DNA of 64,000 nt from Burkholderiales bacterium (GTDB taxonomy: Bacteria > Pseudomonadota > Gammaproteobacteria > Burkholderiales > SG8-41): contig DATBKZ010000043.1 of the NCBI GenBank assembly GCA_036555615.1, positions 16,596 to 80,595 of the forward strand. The letters are read 5' to 3'. The position numbers and the translations under genes are program-made. Below are positions 31,840 through 42,045 of this stretch, piece by piece; the first letter of the stretch is position 1, and every line of letters begins with the position of its first letter. The notes below the pieces were generated by a model, which was not told the origin of the DNA, searched no databases, and saw only the letters and a list, made by a program, of their open reading frames with translations.

Positions 31840-32685
31840 TCATTCCTCGAACCGCATCGAGAAGTCCGCCGCCTTGACGTCCTTGGTGAGCGCGCCGACC
31901 GACATGCGGTGCACGCCGGTTTCGGCGATCGCGTGGGCGTTTTCCAGGGTAATGCCGCCTGAGGCCTCCAGCTCCGCGCGACTGCCCGCAATTCTTACCG
32001 CTTCGCGCATGTGCTCGACGTTCATGTTGTCGAGCAAGATCATCGTGGCGCCGGCCTCCAGCGCTTCCCGCAGCTGGTCCAGGCTCTCGACCTCGACCTG
32101 GATCCAATCCCCAGTATGCGCGAGCTCGCGTGCGCGCGCGAGCGCCTGCCGGATGCCGCCCGCCGCAGCGATGTGGTTTTCCTTGATCAACATCGCGTCA
32201 TAGAGCCCCATGCGGTGGTTGGCGCCCCCGCCGACCCGCACGGCGTACTTCTGCGCAAGGCGCAGTCCGGGCAATGTCTTGCGGGTATCGACGATACTCG
32301 CCCGCGTGCCCGCGATCGCGTCCACATAGCGCCGGGCAGCCGTTGCCACCCCCGACAGCGTCTGGATGAAGTTGAGTGCGACACGCTCAGCCGCAAGCAG
32401 CGCGCGCGCGTCCCCGCGGACCGTGCAGACCCGCGAGCCGGCCGCAACGCTCGCCCCTTCCGGCACGGCCCAGACAATTTCCGCCGACGGATCGAGCTCG
32501 CGCACGCATGCGTCGAACCACGGCTGTCCGCACAGGACCGCCTCTTGACGGCACAGCACCACCGCGCGCACCTGCCTGCCGGAGGGAACAAGCGGCGCGG
32601 TGAGATCGCCGCTGCCGACGTCCTCATTCAGCGCGGCGCGCACGTTGCGCCGGATCTCGGATGCCAGGTCCATGGGATTGCTCAA
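31840..32685 (-). CDS. nadC: Nicotinate-nucleotide diphosphorylase (carboxylating)
   Basis: 281 aa with a typical NadC sequence (DTRKTLPGLR, MLDNM). Confidence 0.92.
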   Translation of the reverse strand: MSNPMDLASEIRRNVRAALNEDVGSGDLTAPLVPSGRQVRAVVLCRQEAVLCGQPWFDACVRELDPSAEIVWAVPEGASVAAGSRVCTVRGDARALLAAERVALNFIQTLSGVATAARRYVDAIAGTRASIVDTRKTLPGLRLAQKYAVRVGGGANHRMGLYDAMLIKENHIAAAGGIRQALARARELAHTGDWIQVEVESLDQLREALEAGATMILLDNMNVEHMREAVRIAGSRAELEASGGITLENAHAIAETGVHRMSVGALTKDVKAADFSMRFEE

Positions 32686-32734
32686 TAGTTGGCGGCGAGC
32701 GCTGCGGCGATTCTAGCGCATTGGAGGTGGCCGA

Positions 32735-32944
32735 ATGGACGGGATGCTGAGCGTGGTGTCGCACGGCATCGGCACGATACTCGGACTCGTGCTGATCGGC
32801 GGCTGGGAGTTCGTGAACGAGCAGTGTGACACGGACCTGCAGCGGGGCCGCGAGTATGCGCCCGGTTTTCTGCACATCGACGGCGGTGTCGGCGGCGGCG
32901 TAGCGGCGGGATGCCGCCGTCAAGTCCGGTGTTCGGCCCAGTAG
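32735..32944 (+). CDS. Candidate small membrane protein (69 aa)
   Basis: ATG 32735 lies 5 nt after GGAGGTGG. Third-position GC is roughly 85%, like real genes here. The N-terminus has a hydrophobic helix (VVSHGIGTILGLVLIGGW). It fills an otherwise empty 234-nt gap and overlaps the convergent gene by 25 nt. Confidence 0.35.
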   Translation: MDGMLSVVSHGIGTILGLVLIGGWEFVNEQCDTDLQRGREYAPGFLHIDGGVGGGVAAGCRRQVRCSAQ

Positions 32945-33513
32945 ATCGCCATCACCAGCGCAAACAGAACGATCTCGGCGAGCGTCACCAGCAGGATGAT
33001 GAAGGTGATGCGCCGGGCGGAGGGCTTCATCGGCACCCACACGCGCCGCATGTACCAGCGCCACGGCGCGCACCAGCCCCAGCGCAGGTCGCGCAACAGG
33101 TATTCTCTCAGCGCGACGCCCCAGGCATGCAAGCTCCGGTCCACCTCGGGGGTGTCCGCTTCGGTTGCTCCGGTGTAATCATCGGTGATCCGCAGGCGGC
33201 TGCCGGCATCCGCCGGAGCGATCTCGAAACGCGTGCTGCGCTTCACTCCGCGGTCGTAGCGTACCGTGAAGGCGCGCTCCGAGGCCCATTCCAGCCTGAG
33301 CTGCAGGTCGAAATCGCGCTGGTTGCTCAGATTGCGCATTGAGACCGAGAAGGCGCCGGGAGCGGTCTCGCGCCAGCGCCTGAACTCTAGGTAGGGATTG
33401 ATGCGGTAGAGCCGCTCCACGTCGCGGAGAAACGCACCGAGCGCCGCGGGCTCGAGGGGAACCTCGATGGTGACCCAGGCTGCGTCGGCGTCGCGGGTTG
33501 CGGTCTCGCTCAT
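32920..33513 (-). CDS. Hypothetical membrane-anchored protein with a START/SRPBCC-like soluble domain
   Basis: 198 aa from ATG 33513 (MSETATRD...), with an ATGA overlap with the USP stop. It has a C-terminal TM helix (ITFIILLVTLAEIVLFALVMAIYW). The fold assignment is only an impression. Confidence 0.5.
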   Translation of the reverse strand: MSETATRDADAAWVTIEVPLEPAALGAFLRDVERLYRINPYLEFRRWRETAPGAFSVSMRNLSNQRDFDLQLRLEWASERAFTVRYDRGVKRSTRFEIAPADAGSRLRITDDYTGATEADTPEVDRSLHAWGVALREYLLRDLRWGWCAPWRWYMRRVWVPMKPSARRITFIILLVTLAEIVLFALVMAIYWAEHRT

Positions 33514-33974
33514 CCCGGGTGGGGCACCACGAGCAAGGGGGCGCCGAGCGCTCCGGCGAGCTTCTCGACGCGCATGCGCGAGCGCAACCCGGGCACGCCC
33601 TTCGGTCGCGGGGCGCCGATCACGACGCAGTCCGGCCGGAGCGTCGCGGCGTAGTCGAGCAACGCGGAAGACGGTTCCCCCAGCACGACCGTAAGTTCGT
33701 AACGCCTGCCGCTCGCGCGGACCTCGCGCTCGAGGGCGGCCCGGTGCTCCTCGATTTCCCGGGCGAGCTGGGACTCGACGTGGCGCCCGTATGCCGCGCG
33801 GGTGGATGCGTTGTTGAGCCAGTCGTCGCCCATCATCCCCTTCCACAGGTCCGGAACTACCACGAGATGGAAGATCGTGGCGGCCGGCGCCGCGAAAGCG
33901 AGCGCGGCGCGCTCCGCCGCGCGCGAGCCGGGAGTCCCGTGGCTGGCGAGCAGGATGCGGTCGGCTTTCAACAC
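33510..33974 (-). CDS. Universal stress protein (UspA family)
   Basis: RILLASHGTPGSRAAERAAL..., VVIGAPRPKG..., GAPLLVV. The start is GTG 33974 or TTG 33971, and there is no SD. Confidence 0.75.
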   Translation of the reverse strand: MLKADRILLASHGTPGSRAAERAALAFAAPAATIFHLVVVPDLWKGMMGDDWLNNASTRAAYGRHVESQLAREIEEHRAALEREVRASGRRYELTVVLGEPSSALLDYAATLRPDCVVIGAPRPKGVPGLRSRMRVEKLAGALGAPLLVVPHPG

Positions 33975-33976
33975 GG

Positions 33977-34015
33977 CAAAAAAATCCCGGTGAAGCGCAG
34001 CGCGCGCTCACCGGG
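33977..34015 (-). terminator. Rho-independent terminator (minus strand)
   Basis: The minus strand reads CCCGGTGA-(14 nt GC loop)-TCACCGGG followed by ATTTTTTT. It ends 3 nt before the USP start codon. Confidence 0.6.
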
Positions 34016-34038
34016 ACGCGGAAGCAATCCTGGCCGGA

Positions 34039-34158
34039 TCAGACCAGGAAAAAGACGAGCGCTGCGATGATGAGCGCCAGCGCGAGCGCAACGAAGTCCT
34101 CGTGGCGATCGCTCGGGAATATCGTCAGCGCGGAACCGCGGTCGAACTTGTCTTCCAT
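34039..34158 (-). CDS. Small membrane protein, 39 aa (below the ORF-track cutoff)
   Basis: MEDKFDRGSALTIFPSDRHEDFVALALALIIAALVFFLV. ATG 34158 lies 16 nt after the upstream stop and is preceded by GGAAGGAGAA. It has GC-rich third positions and one C-terminal TM helix. Confidence 0.6.
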   Translation of the reverse strand: MEDKFDRGSALTIFPSDRHEDFVALALALIIAALVFFLV

Positions 34159-34174
34159 GGCGGCTTCTCCTTCC

Positions 34175-35773
34175 TCAAATGGTTTCGGCGACGAACAGCA
34201 TGACGACGATGAGCGAGCCGACTGCCTTGATCACGCCCACGATAGAGCCGATCACCAGCGGCTGGCCGCCGGCCTGCCGGATCGACGCCATCGTGATCTG
34301 CATCCCGAGCCCGACCAGCCCGAAGGTGAAGAACCACGCGATCAGATCGCGGAACTTGGAGATTTTTGGCGCGGTGTGCCGCACGACGCGATGCGCCTTG
34401 GTGAGCACTGCGGTGCCCTCCTTCGAGAGCGCCCGCGAGTTGATGACCCCGCGCACCATGGCGTCGTCCTCCTCCGACATGATCTTCTTGTTCTGGGCCA
34501 GGCGCTCCAGCGCGGCCTTCTGGTCCGCGCGCTTGATCTTGTCGAGTTCCTTCTGCAGCGTCGCGGCCTCGGTGTCCCTGAGGTAGTTGTTGATCTCCTT
34601 GCCGGTGCGGTCCTTCTTCATGAGCGCCTTGTCGCTGTTGTCGAAGTAGGAGCCCTGGTAGTGACGCGCGGGAGCAAAGATCCCGGTGGAGGAAAGCAAG
34701 AACATAAGGATGAAGCCGAGCACGAAGATCGGGAACTTGCTGATGACGACCTGCATGGCGTCGACTTGCTGCACGTCGCGCTGCGCCGCCTGCTCCCGCC
34801 GGACGTACCAGACCGCGAGCCACAGCACGATGATGGGGAGGAAGAGCACGCGCGTGATATTGAAGATCTCGGCCACTTTCAGCGTCTCGATGCCACCGGG
34901 CTGGAACGCGAGCGCCGCCCCGGCCACCTGCGCCGAATTGAGAATGCCGGTGCCGGCCCACGCCCCGAACTGGATGTAGCCCATGCCGAGGCCCCTGCCG
35001 ATGATCGGGAACAGGAACATGCAGAGGACACCGAACAGAAGGATGGTGCCGATGGTGTATGCAATTTCGAGGGATTTCGCCTGCACGACGGGGGCCGCCG
35101 CCACCGCGGCGGACACTCCACATACGCCGACGCCCGATGACAGCACACCGGTCATGGAGTTGGGCAGGCTGCGCCGCGCGCCGATGATCAGCACCAGCCA
35201 GACCGAGCCCAGCACGAACACGCCGATCAAGAGGACTGACAGCTTCCCGAGCTGCGCGAGCTCGGCGAAGCTGTAGAGGGCGCCCAGGAGAATGACGCCG
35301 GTCTTCAACCCGAGCCGCGACAGGCGCACGCCATTCTCGGCCCAATGCGGCACCCGGAAGACGTTGACGACGATGATGCCGGCGAGAATGCCCATCACCA
35401 CGTAATTGAGGTTGAGGACGCTCGCGAAATTGAAGCCCAGCGCGGGCCGCGCCTGCCGCCCCCACAATCCCATCAACGGGTCAAGGCCCCACTTGACGAC
35501 AAAAGCGACGAGCATGATGAACATCACGCCGGCGACGGTGGACAGGTAATAGTCCCCGTGGCCTTCCCTGGGCGTGGCGAGCAATTGCCACAGGCCAACC
35601 AGGATGGCGACGCCCCCGAAAGCGTAGCCGAGAGTCACCATTTCCCCCAAGTACCGGCCGGTATTGAGGAATTTGATGAGCCCCGCCATGTTGCCGCTTT
35701 GCACGAGGTAGGCGTAGGCCACCATGATGATGCCGATGACCAACGGCCAGACGGTACGCCGGGAATAGACCAT
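34175..35773 (-). CDS. YeiH/UPF0324-family membrane transporter (the putative sulfate exporter family) with a large hydrophilic insertion
   Basis: The family-like motifs SSGVGVCGVSAAVAAAPVVQAK and GAWAGTGILNSAQVAGAALAF are present. It is 532 aa against roughly 350 for typical members. A charged, coiled-coil-like insertion spans aa 367-476. Confidence 0.65.
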   Translation of the reverse strand: MVYSRRTVWPLVIGIIMVAYAYLVQSGNMAGLIKFLNTGRYLGEMVTLGYAFGGVAILVGLWQLLATPREGHGDYYLSTVAGVMFIMLVAFVVKWGLDPLMGLWGRQARPALGFNFASVLNLNYVVMGILAGIIVVNVFRVPHWAENGVRLSRLGLKTGVILLGALYSFAELAQLGKLSVLLIGVFVLGSVWLVLIIGARRSLPNSMTGVLSSGVGVCGVSAAVAAAPVVQAKSLEIAYTIGTILLFGVLCMFLFPIIGRGLGMGYIQFGAWAGTGILNSAQVAGAALAFQPGGIETLKVAEIFNITRVLFLPIIVLWLAVWYVRREQAAQRDVQQVDAMQVVISKFPIFVLGFILMFLLSSTGIFAPARHYQGSYFDNSDKALMKKDRTGKEINNYLRDTEAATLQKELDKIKRADQKAALERLAQNKKIMSEEDDAMVRGVINSRALSKEGTAVLTKAHRVVRHTAPKISKFRDLIAWFFTFGLVGLGMQITMASIRQAGGQPLVIGSIVGVIKAVGSLIVVMLFVAETI

Positions 35774-36144
35774 GTGCCCCTCCTTTGTTTGTGACGTCTA
35801 ATCGGGTGCGCCGCGCGATGGCCGCGGGCGCCCTCGACAGCTGCTTATAGTTCGCGCGTTAGTCCCGCGCGGCTTGTTCTTCGTGCGTCCCTCGGTTCGG
35901 CCGCACTTCTTGAGCTGCAAGAGCAACAGTCAAACAGGCGTAGTGTTAGTCGCGGTGCAGCGGAAGTCAAGTGTGACTCTGAGCGCGTGGCTCGGTCACT
36001 GCATAAGCGAGCCGCTGTTCAGGCGCATAAGTATCTTGTATGTGCAGTTCCGCTTTTCTAATGCTGCGCTTGCAACAAGCTCCTGCCACGATGGTGGCGA
36101 GGAGAAACGATTTCCGCACCGATTGCCGTCGGCACGAGGAACCT

Positions 36145-37140
36145 TCAGTGATCGTAAAGCGATCCTGTCGCTTTTCCACGAAAGACCCGGTACACAAAAA
36201 CTGTCCATCCGATGATGAACGGCAGCACGATGAGCGCTCCGATCAGGACAACCTTGAGCGAAGAAGGATGCGCTGCAGCTTCCCAGATGGTGATCCGGTC
36301 CATGACAAGATAGGGAAAGAGGCTGTAGGCGAGACCGAGAAAAGCGAGCGCGAAGAACACGATCGTGCCGGCGAACGGCGCCCAGTCGGGAACGGCGTTG
36401 CCCGTGCGCATGCGGCCGGAGGCGCGCCAGACCCAGAGCCACGCCGCGAGGCTTGCGAGCGGCAGCATCATCAAACCGAGCGTGCGCGGAAAATCGAACC
36501 ACTTGTCGCGCACTGTTTCGCTCGCCAGTGGCGTCGCAACGCTCACCAGCGCTACCCCGAGCGCGACCCACAGAAGACCCCAACGGGTCCACGCGATTGC
36601 TTTTTGCTGCAGCGCACCCTCCGTCCTCCAGATCAGCCAGGTTGCGCCGAGCAGGACGTAGCCGCCACAAAGTCCGCCCGCGACCAGCAGATCGAACAGG
36701 AAATAGCCGAATCCCGGCTCGAAGCCGGTGATGTAGGCTCCGAGCATGATCCCTTGAGCGAGCGAAGCCAGGAACGAACCGAACCAGAACAGCCAGTTCC
36801 ACATCTCCCGATGCCAGCCTTCGGCTTTGACGCGAAACTCGAACGCGACGCCGCGCAGCATCAGTCCGATCAACATCGCCGCCACCGGCAGATACAGCGC
36901 GGTAAGGACGACGCCGTGCGCGACCGGGAACGCGACCAGCAGCAGCCCGATCCCGAGCACGAGCCAAGTCTCATTGGCGTCCCAGAAGGGTCCGATCGAA
37001 GACACCATGATGTCCTGCTCGCGCGCATCGGCTGCCGGCATCAGCATGCCGACGCCCAGGTCATAGCCGTCAAGCACGACGTAGGCGAGGATTGCGACGC
37101 CCATGAGGACGGTGAAGATCAGCGGCAGATCGAGCGTCAT
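36145..37140 (-). CDS. cydB: Cytochrome bd-type ubiquinol oxidase subunit II
   Basis: 331 aa polytopic protein with a CydB-like N-terminus (LPLIFTVLMGVAILAYVVLDGYDLGVG). It has a 4-nt overlap with cydA. Confidence 0.9.
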   Translation of the reverse strand: MTLDLPLIFTVLMGVAILAYVVLDGYDLGVGMLMPAADAREQDIMVSSIGPFWDANETWLVLGIGLLLVAFPVAHGVVLTALYLPVAAMLIGLMLRGVAFEFRVKAEGWHREMWNWLFWFGSFLASLAQGIMLGAYITGFEPGFGYFLFDLLVAGGLCGGYVLLGATWLIWRTEGALQQKAIAWTRWGLLWVALGVALVSVATPLASETVRDKWFDFPRTLGLMMLPLASLAAWLWVWRASGRMRTGNAVPDWAPFAGTIVFFALAFLGLAYSLFPYLVMDRITIWEAAAHPSSLKVVLIGALIVLPFIIGWTVFVYRVFRGKATGSLYDH

Positions 37141-38486
37141 GCGGCCGCTCCTTCCCGCACGGCAGGCTGGCGCCCCGGCTCGGGCGCGCTGCCCTTGCCG
37201 GCCATGTGCGTCAGCACCACCATGTACGCGACGAGCATCAGGGTGTAGGTGACGATGTAGCCGGTGAGGCTCGCGCCGAGCTGGGCGCCGCTGATCGGCG
37301 CCGCCGCCTCAGCCGTCCGGAGAATCCCGGTCACGAGCCACGGCTGGCGGCCGATCTCGGTCACCATCCAGCCCGCAAGCGTTGCAATCCACCCGGAGAA
37401 GGTGAATGCGGCGAACGTCCAGAGCAGCCACCGGGCTGGCAGCATCGCGCCGCGTGTCTTCCATACGCCGAACCAGGACAACGCGATCATCAGTACGCCC
37501 ATGCCGACCATCAGCCGGAACGAGAAGAAAACCGGGCCGACGGGCGGGATGTCGGGCTCGAAATGGTCGAGTCCCTTCAGCTCCGCGTCCGCGGAATGCT
37601 TCAGCAGGAGGCTCGCGCCCTTCGGAATCTCGATCGCGAAGTCATTGCGCCGCTCCGCCTCGTTGGGAATGGCGAAGAGAACGAGCGGCACGCCCGTGCC
37701 GGTCCTCCAGATTGCTTCCACAGCCGCGATCTTCGCTGGCTGGTGCTCGAGCGTGTTGAGGCCGTGCAGATCGCCCACCAGCGCCTGGAGCGGCGCGAGC
37801 ACGGCCGCGACCACGAGACCGGTGCGGAGCGTGCGGCGCGCGGCGCGGTCGTCCGCGGCCTGCAGCAGCCGCCACGCCGACAGCCCCGCCACCACAAATG
37901 CGGCCGTCAGGCCGGAGGCAAGCAGCATGTGCGTCAGGCGGTAGGGGAACGAGGGATTGAACATTACCTGCCACCAGTCGCCGGCGACGAGCACGCCATC
38001 GGCATAAGCGTGCCCCTTTGGCGTTTGCATCCACGAGTTGAGCGCGAGGATCCAGAATGCCGACAGGCTGGTGCCGACGGCCACCAGCACGGTCGACAAC
38101 ATGTGCACCCATCCCGGCACCCGATTCATGCCGAACAGCATCACCCCGAGAAACGTCGCCTCGAGGAAGAACGCGGTCAGAACTTCGAACGCAAGCAGCG
38201 GACCCGCGACGTTGCCGACGGTGTTCATGAAGCCCGGCCAGTTGGTGCCGAACTGGAACGACATCACGATGCCCGAGACAACGCCCATGGCGAAGGTGAG
38301 CGCGAAGATCTTGGTCCACAGCCGGTAGGTTTCGAGCCACCCGGCGTCCCCGGAGCGCGCGTACTGCGCCCGGAAATAGACGAGGATCCAGGCGAGCGCG
38401 ATCGTGATGGTTGGAAACAGAATGTGAAACGCGATATTCAGCCCGAATTGCGCCCGGGCAAGGAATACGGCGTCGCTGGCATCCAT
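37137..38486 (-). CDS. cydA: Cytochrome bd-type ubiquinol oxidase subunit I (short Q-loop, CIO-like length)
   Basis: 449 aa with a CydA N-terminus (LARAQFGLNIAFHILFPTITIALAW) and GWMVTEIGRQPW near the C-terminus. Confidence 0.9.
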   Translation of the reverse strand: MDASDAVFLARAQFGLNIAFHILFPTITIALAWILVYFRAQYARSGDAGWLETYRLWTKIFALTFAMGVVSGIVMSFQFGTNWPGFMNTVGNVAGPLLAFEVLTAFFLEATFLGVMLFGMNRVPGWVHMLSTVLVAVGTSLSAFWILALNSWMQTPKGHAYADGVLVAGDWWQVMFNPSFPYRLTHMLLASGLTAAFVVAGLSAWRLLQAADDRAARRTLRTGLVVAAVLAPLQALVGDLHGLNTLEHQPAKIAAVEAIWRTGTGVPLVLFAIPNEAERRNDFAIEIPKGASLLLKHSADAELKGLDHFEPDIPPVGPVFFSFRLMVGMGVLMIALSWFGVWKTRGAMLPARWLLWTFAAFTFSGWIATLAGWMVTEIGRQPWLVTGILRTAEAAAPISGAQLGASLTGYIVTYTLMLVAYMVVLTHMAGKGSAPEPGRQPAVREGAAA

Positions 38487-38676
38487 CGGGGGCTGGCGTC
38501 CGTCGTCCGGATCTAACGAATTAGCGAGAGGCCGTTCCGGGTAATGCTTTGCGTCAGTTTAAGGACCGGGCATTCAAACCTCAACCTGCGAGGCTCGGCA
38601 GGTCGTGGGGCCGACCGCTTCTCCGCGTGCGCCGCACGGCCCCCCGAGGGAGGGCCGGAATATTCCCCCATGCAGG

Positions 38677-38704
38677 CTTGAAAACGGCGTTAACCGCCTG
38701 ATAT
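38677..38704 (+). promoter_or_regulatory. Sigma-32 (RpoH)-type heat-shock promoter for clpB
   Basis: CTTGAAA-N13-CCTGATAT, against the consensus CTTGAAA-N13/14-CCCCATNT, lies about 94 nt upstream of the clpB ATG. Confidence 0.55.
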
Positions 38705-38797
38705 AGCATACAGTTGCGATCATTCGATATTGGGGCGTCCGCAGACACGGCGGCTCGACGCTGTGCGCGCACGGCAAACAACTGACGGATATAGGGT

Positions 38798-41404
<2,607 letters not shown>

Positions 41405-41463
41405 ACTTCGAGCGCCGCGGGAGTTTGCATCTCGTATGCGCGGCGGAGAGCGCGGCCACAGCG

Positions 41464-41492
41464 TTGACTTGGCCGTGTCACGGGCGTAAAAA
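41464..41492 (+). promoter_or_regulatory. Candidate sigma-70 promoter (TTGACT-N17-TAAAAA)
   Basis: It has a near-consensus -35 with 17-nt spacing in a GC-rich genome, 60 nt downstream of the clpB stop. Confidence 0.4.
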
Positions 41493-41499
41493 GTAGCCA

Positions 41500-41719
41500 G
41501 GAGCGCGCAACGTCCTGCGCCCGGTACCCGGCGCAGGCTTATCGAGCGTCCGGGCGAACGTCCGGATATCGAGTGTCACGGGTTACGGCCGTATGCCAAG
41601 ACCCGCACGCTTCCGAAGCGGTGAGATGCCGCACTCCAAGAGTGTGCCGCTCTCCGGCGGCACTTCCCGGTTGGTCCGGGAACCCCAAAGCCCCGCTCTC
41701 ATGCGGGGCTTTTACTTTT
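41500..41719 (+). ncRNA. Candidate structured RNA (sRNA or cis-regulatory leader) ending in an intrinsic terminator
   Basis: It has four hairpins. These are 41514-41537 (CCTGCGCC..GGCGCAGG), 41643-41663 (GTGCCGC/GCGGCAC), 41664-41682 (TTCCCGG/CCGGGAA) and the terminator 41687-41719 (AAAGCCCCGC-tctcat-GCGGGGCTTT-TACTTTT). I recognise no family. Confidence 0.3.
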
Positions 41720-41777
41720 GCGAGGGCGCGGAGGCGATAGAATAGGCAGAAAGCTGGGAGCCGCGACGAGGAGAGCG

Positions 41778-42044
41778 ATGACCAAGCGCGACCGGAGAAA
41801 GTCCGATGGACCGGCACGGCCGATCCGTAGCAAGCGCGACTATGAGCGCGCGGCGAGCGTTGCCAAACGCCTCTCCCGCCAGAAGACCCTGGATTCCACG
41901 GCGGAGCTGCGCTTGCAGTCACTGCTGCGCGAGCTGGACAAGTTCGACGATCCCGAGGAGAGCGCGGCCGAGAGCGAGACCGAGGACTTCGACTATTCGG
42001 GACCGCGCCGGCGCTGGTCGGACGACTCCGCCGGCGGCGAATGA
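41778..42044 (+). CDS. Small highly charged hypothetical protein (88 aa)
   Basis: ATG 41778 follows GAGGAGAG. The N-terminus is basic (MTKRDRRKSDGPARPIRSKRDYERAA...) and the C-terminus is acidic. There is no recognisable DNA-binding domain. Confidence 0.5.
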   Translation: MTKRDRRKSDGPARPIRSKRDYERAASVAKRLSRQKTLDSTAELRLQSLLRELDKFDDPEESAAESETEDFDYSGPRRRWSDDSAGGE

Positions 42045-42045
42045 T

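Noticed and set aside
35774-36144. The 113-aa plus-strand ORF 35874..36215 and an imperfect hairpin (GTGACTCTGAGC...GGCTCGGTCAC) in the lower-GC spacer between cydB and the transporter gene.
   Set aside because: The ORF has AT-rich third positions and no SD, and it runs into cydB antisense. The hairpin is imperfect. The region is more simply the promoter and leader of the transporter gene.
35967-36197. A possible CydX-like small subunit downstream of cydB (hydrophobic stretch SFLLATIVAGACC).
   Set aside because: It overlaps the cydB 3' end and has no SD before any plausible start. Its third-position composition turns AT-rich, and it has no resemblance to the CydX consensus.
38487-38676. An FNR/ANR box for cydAB in the cydA-clpB intergenic region (for example TTGCGTCAGTTTAAGG).
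   Set aside because: The best candidate matches only about 6 of 10 consensus positions, which is not enough to claim.
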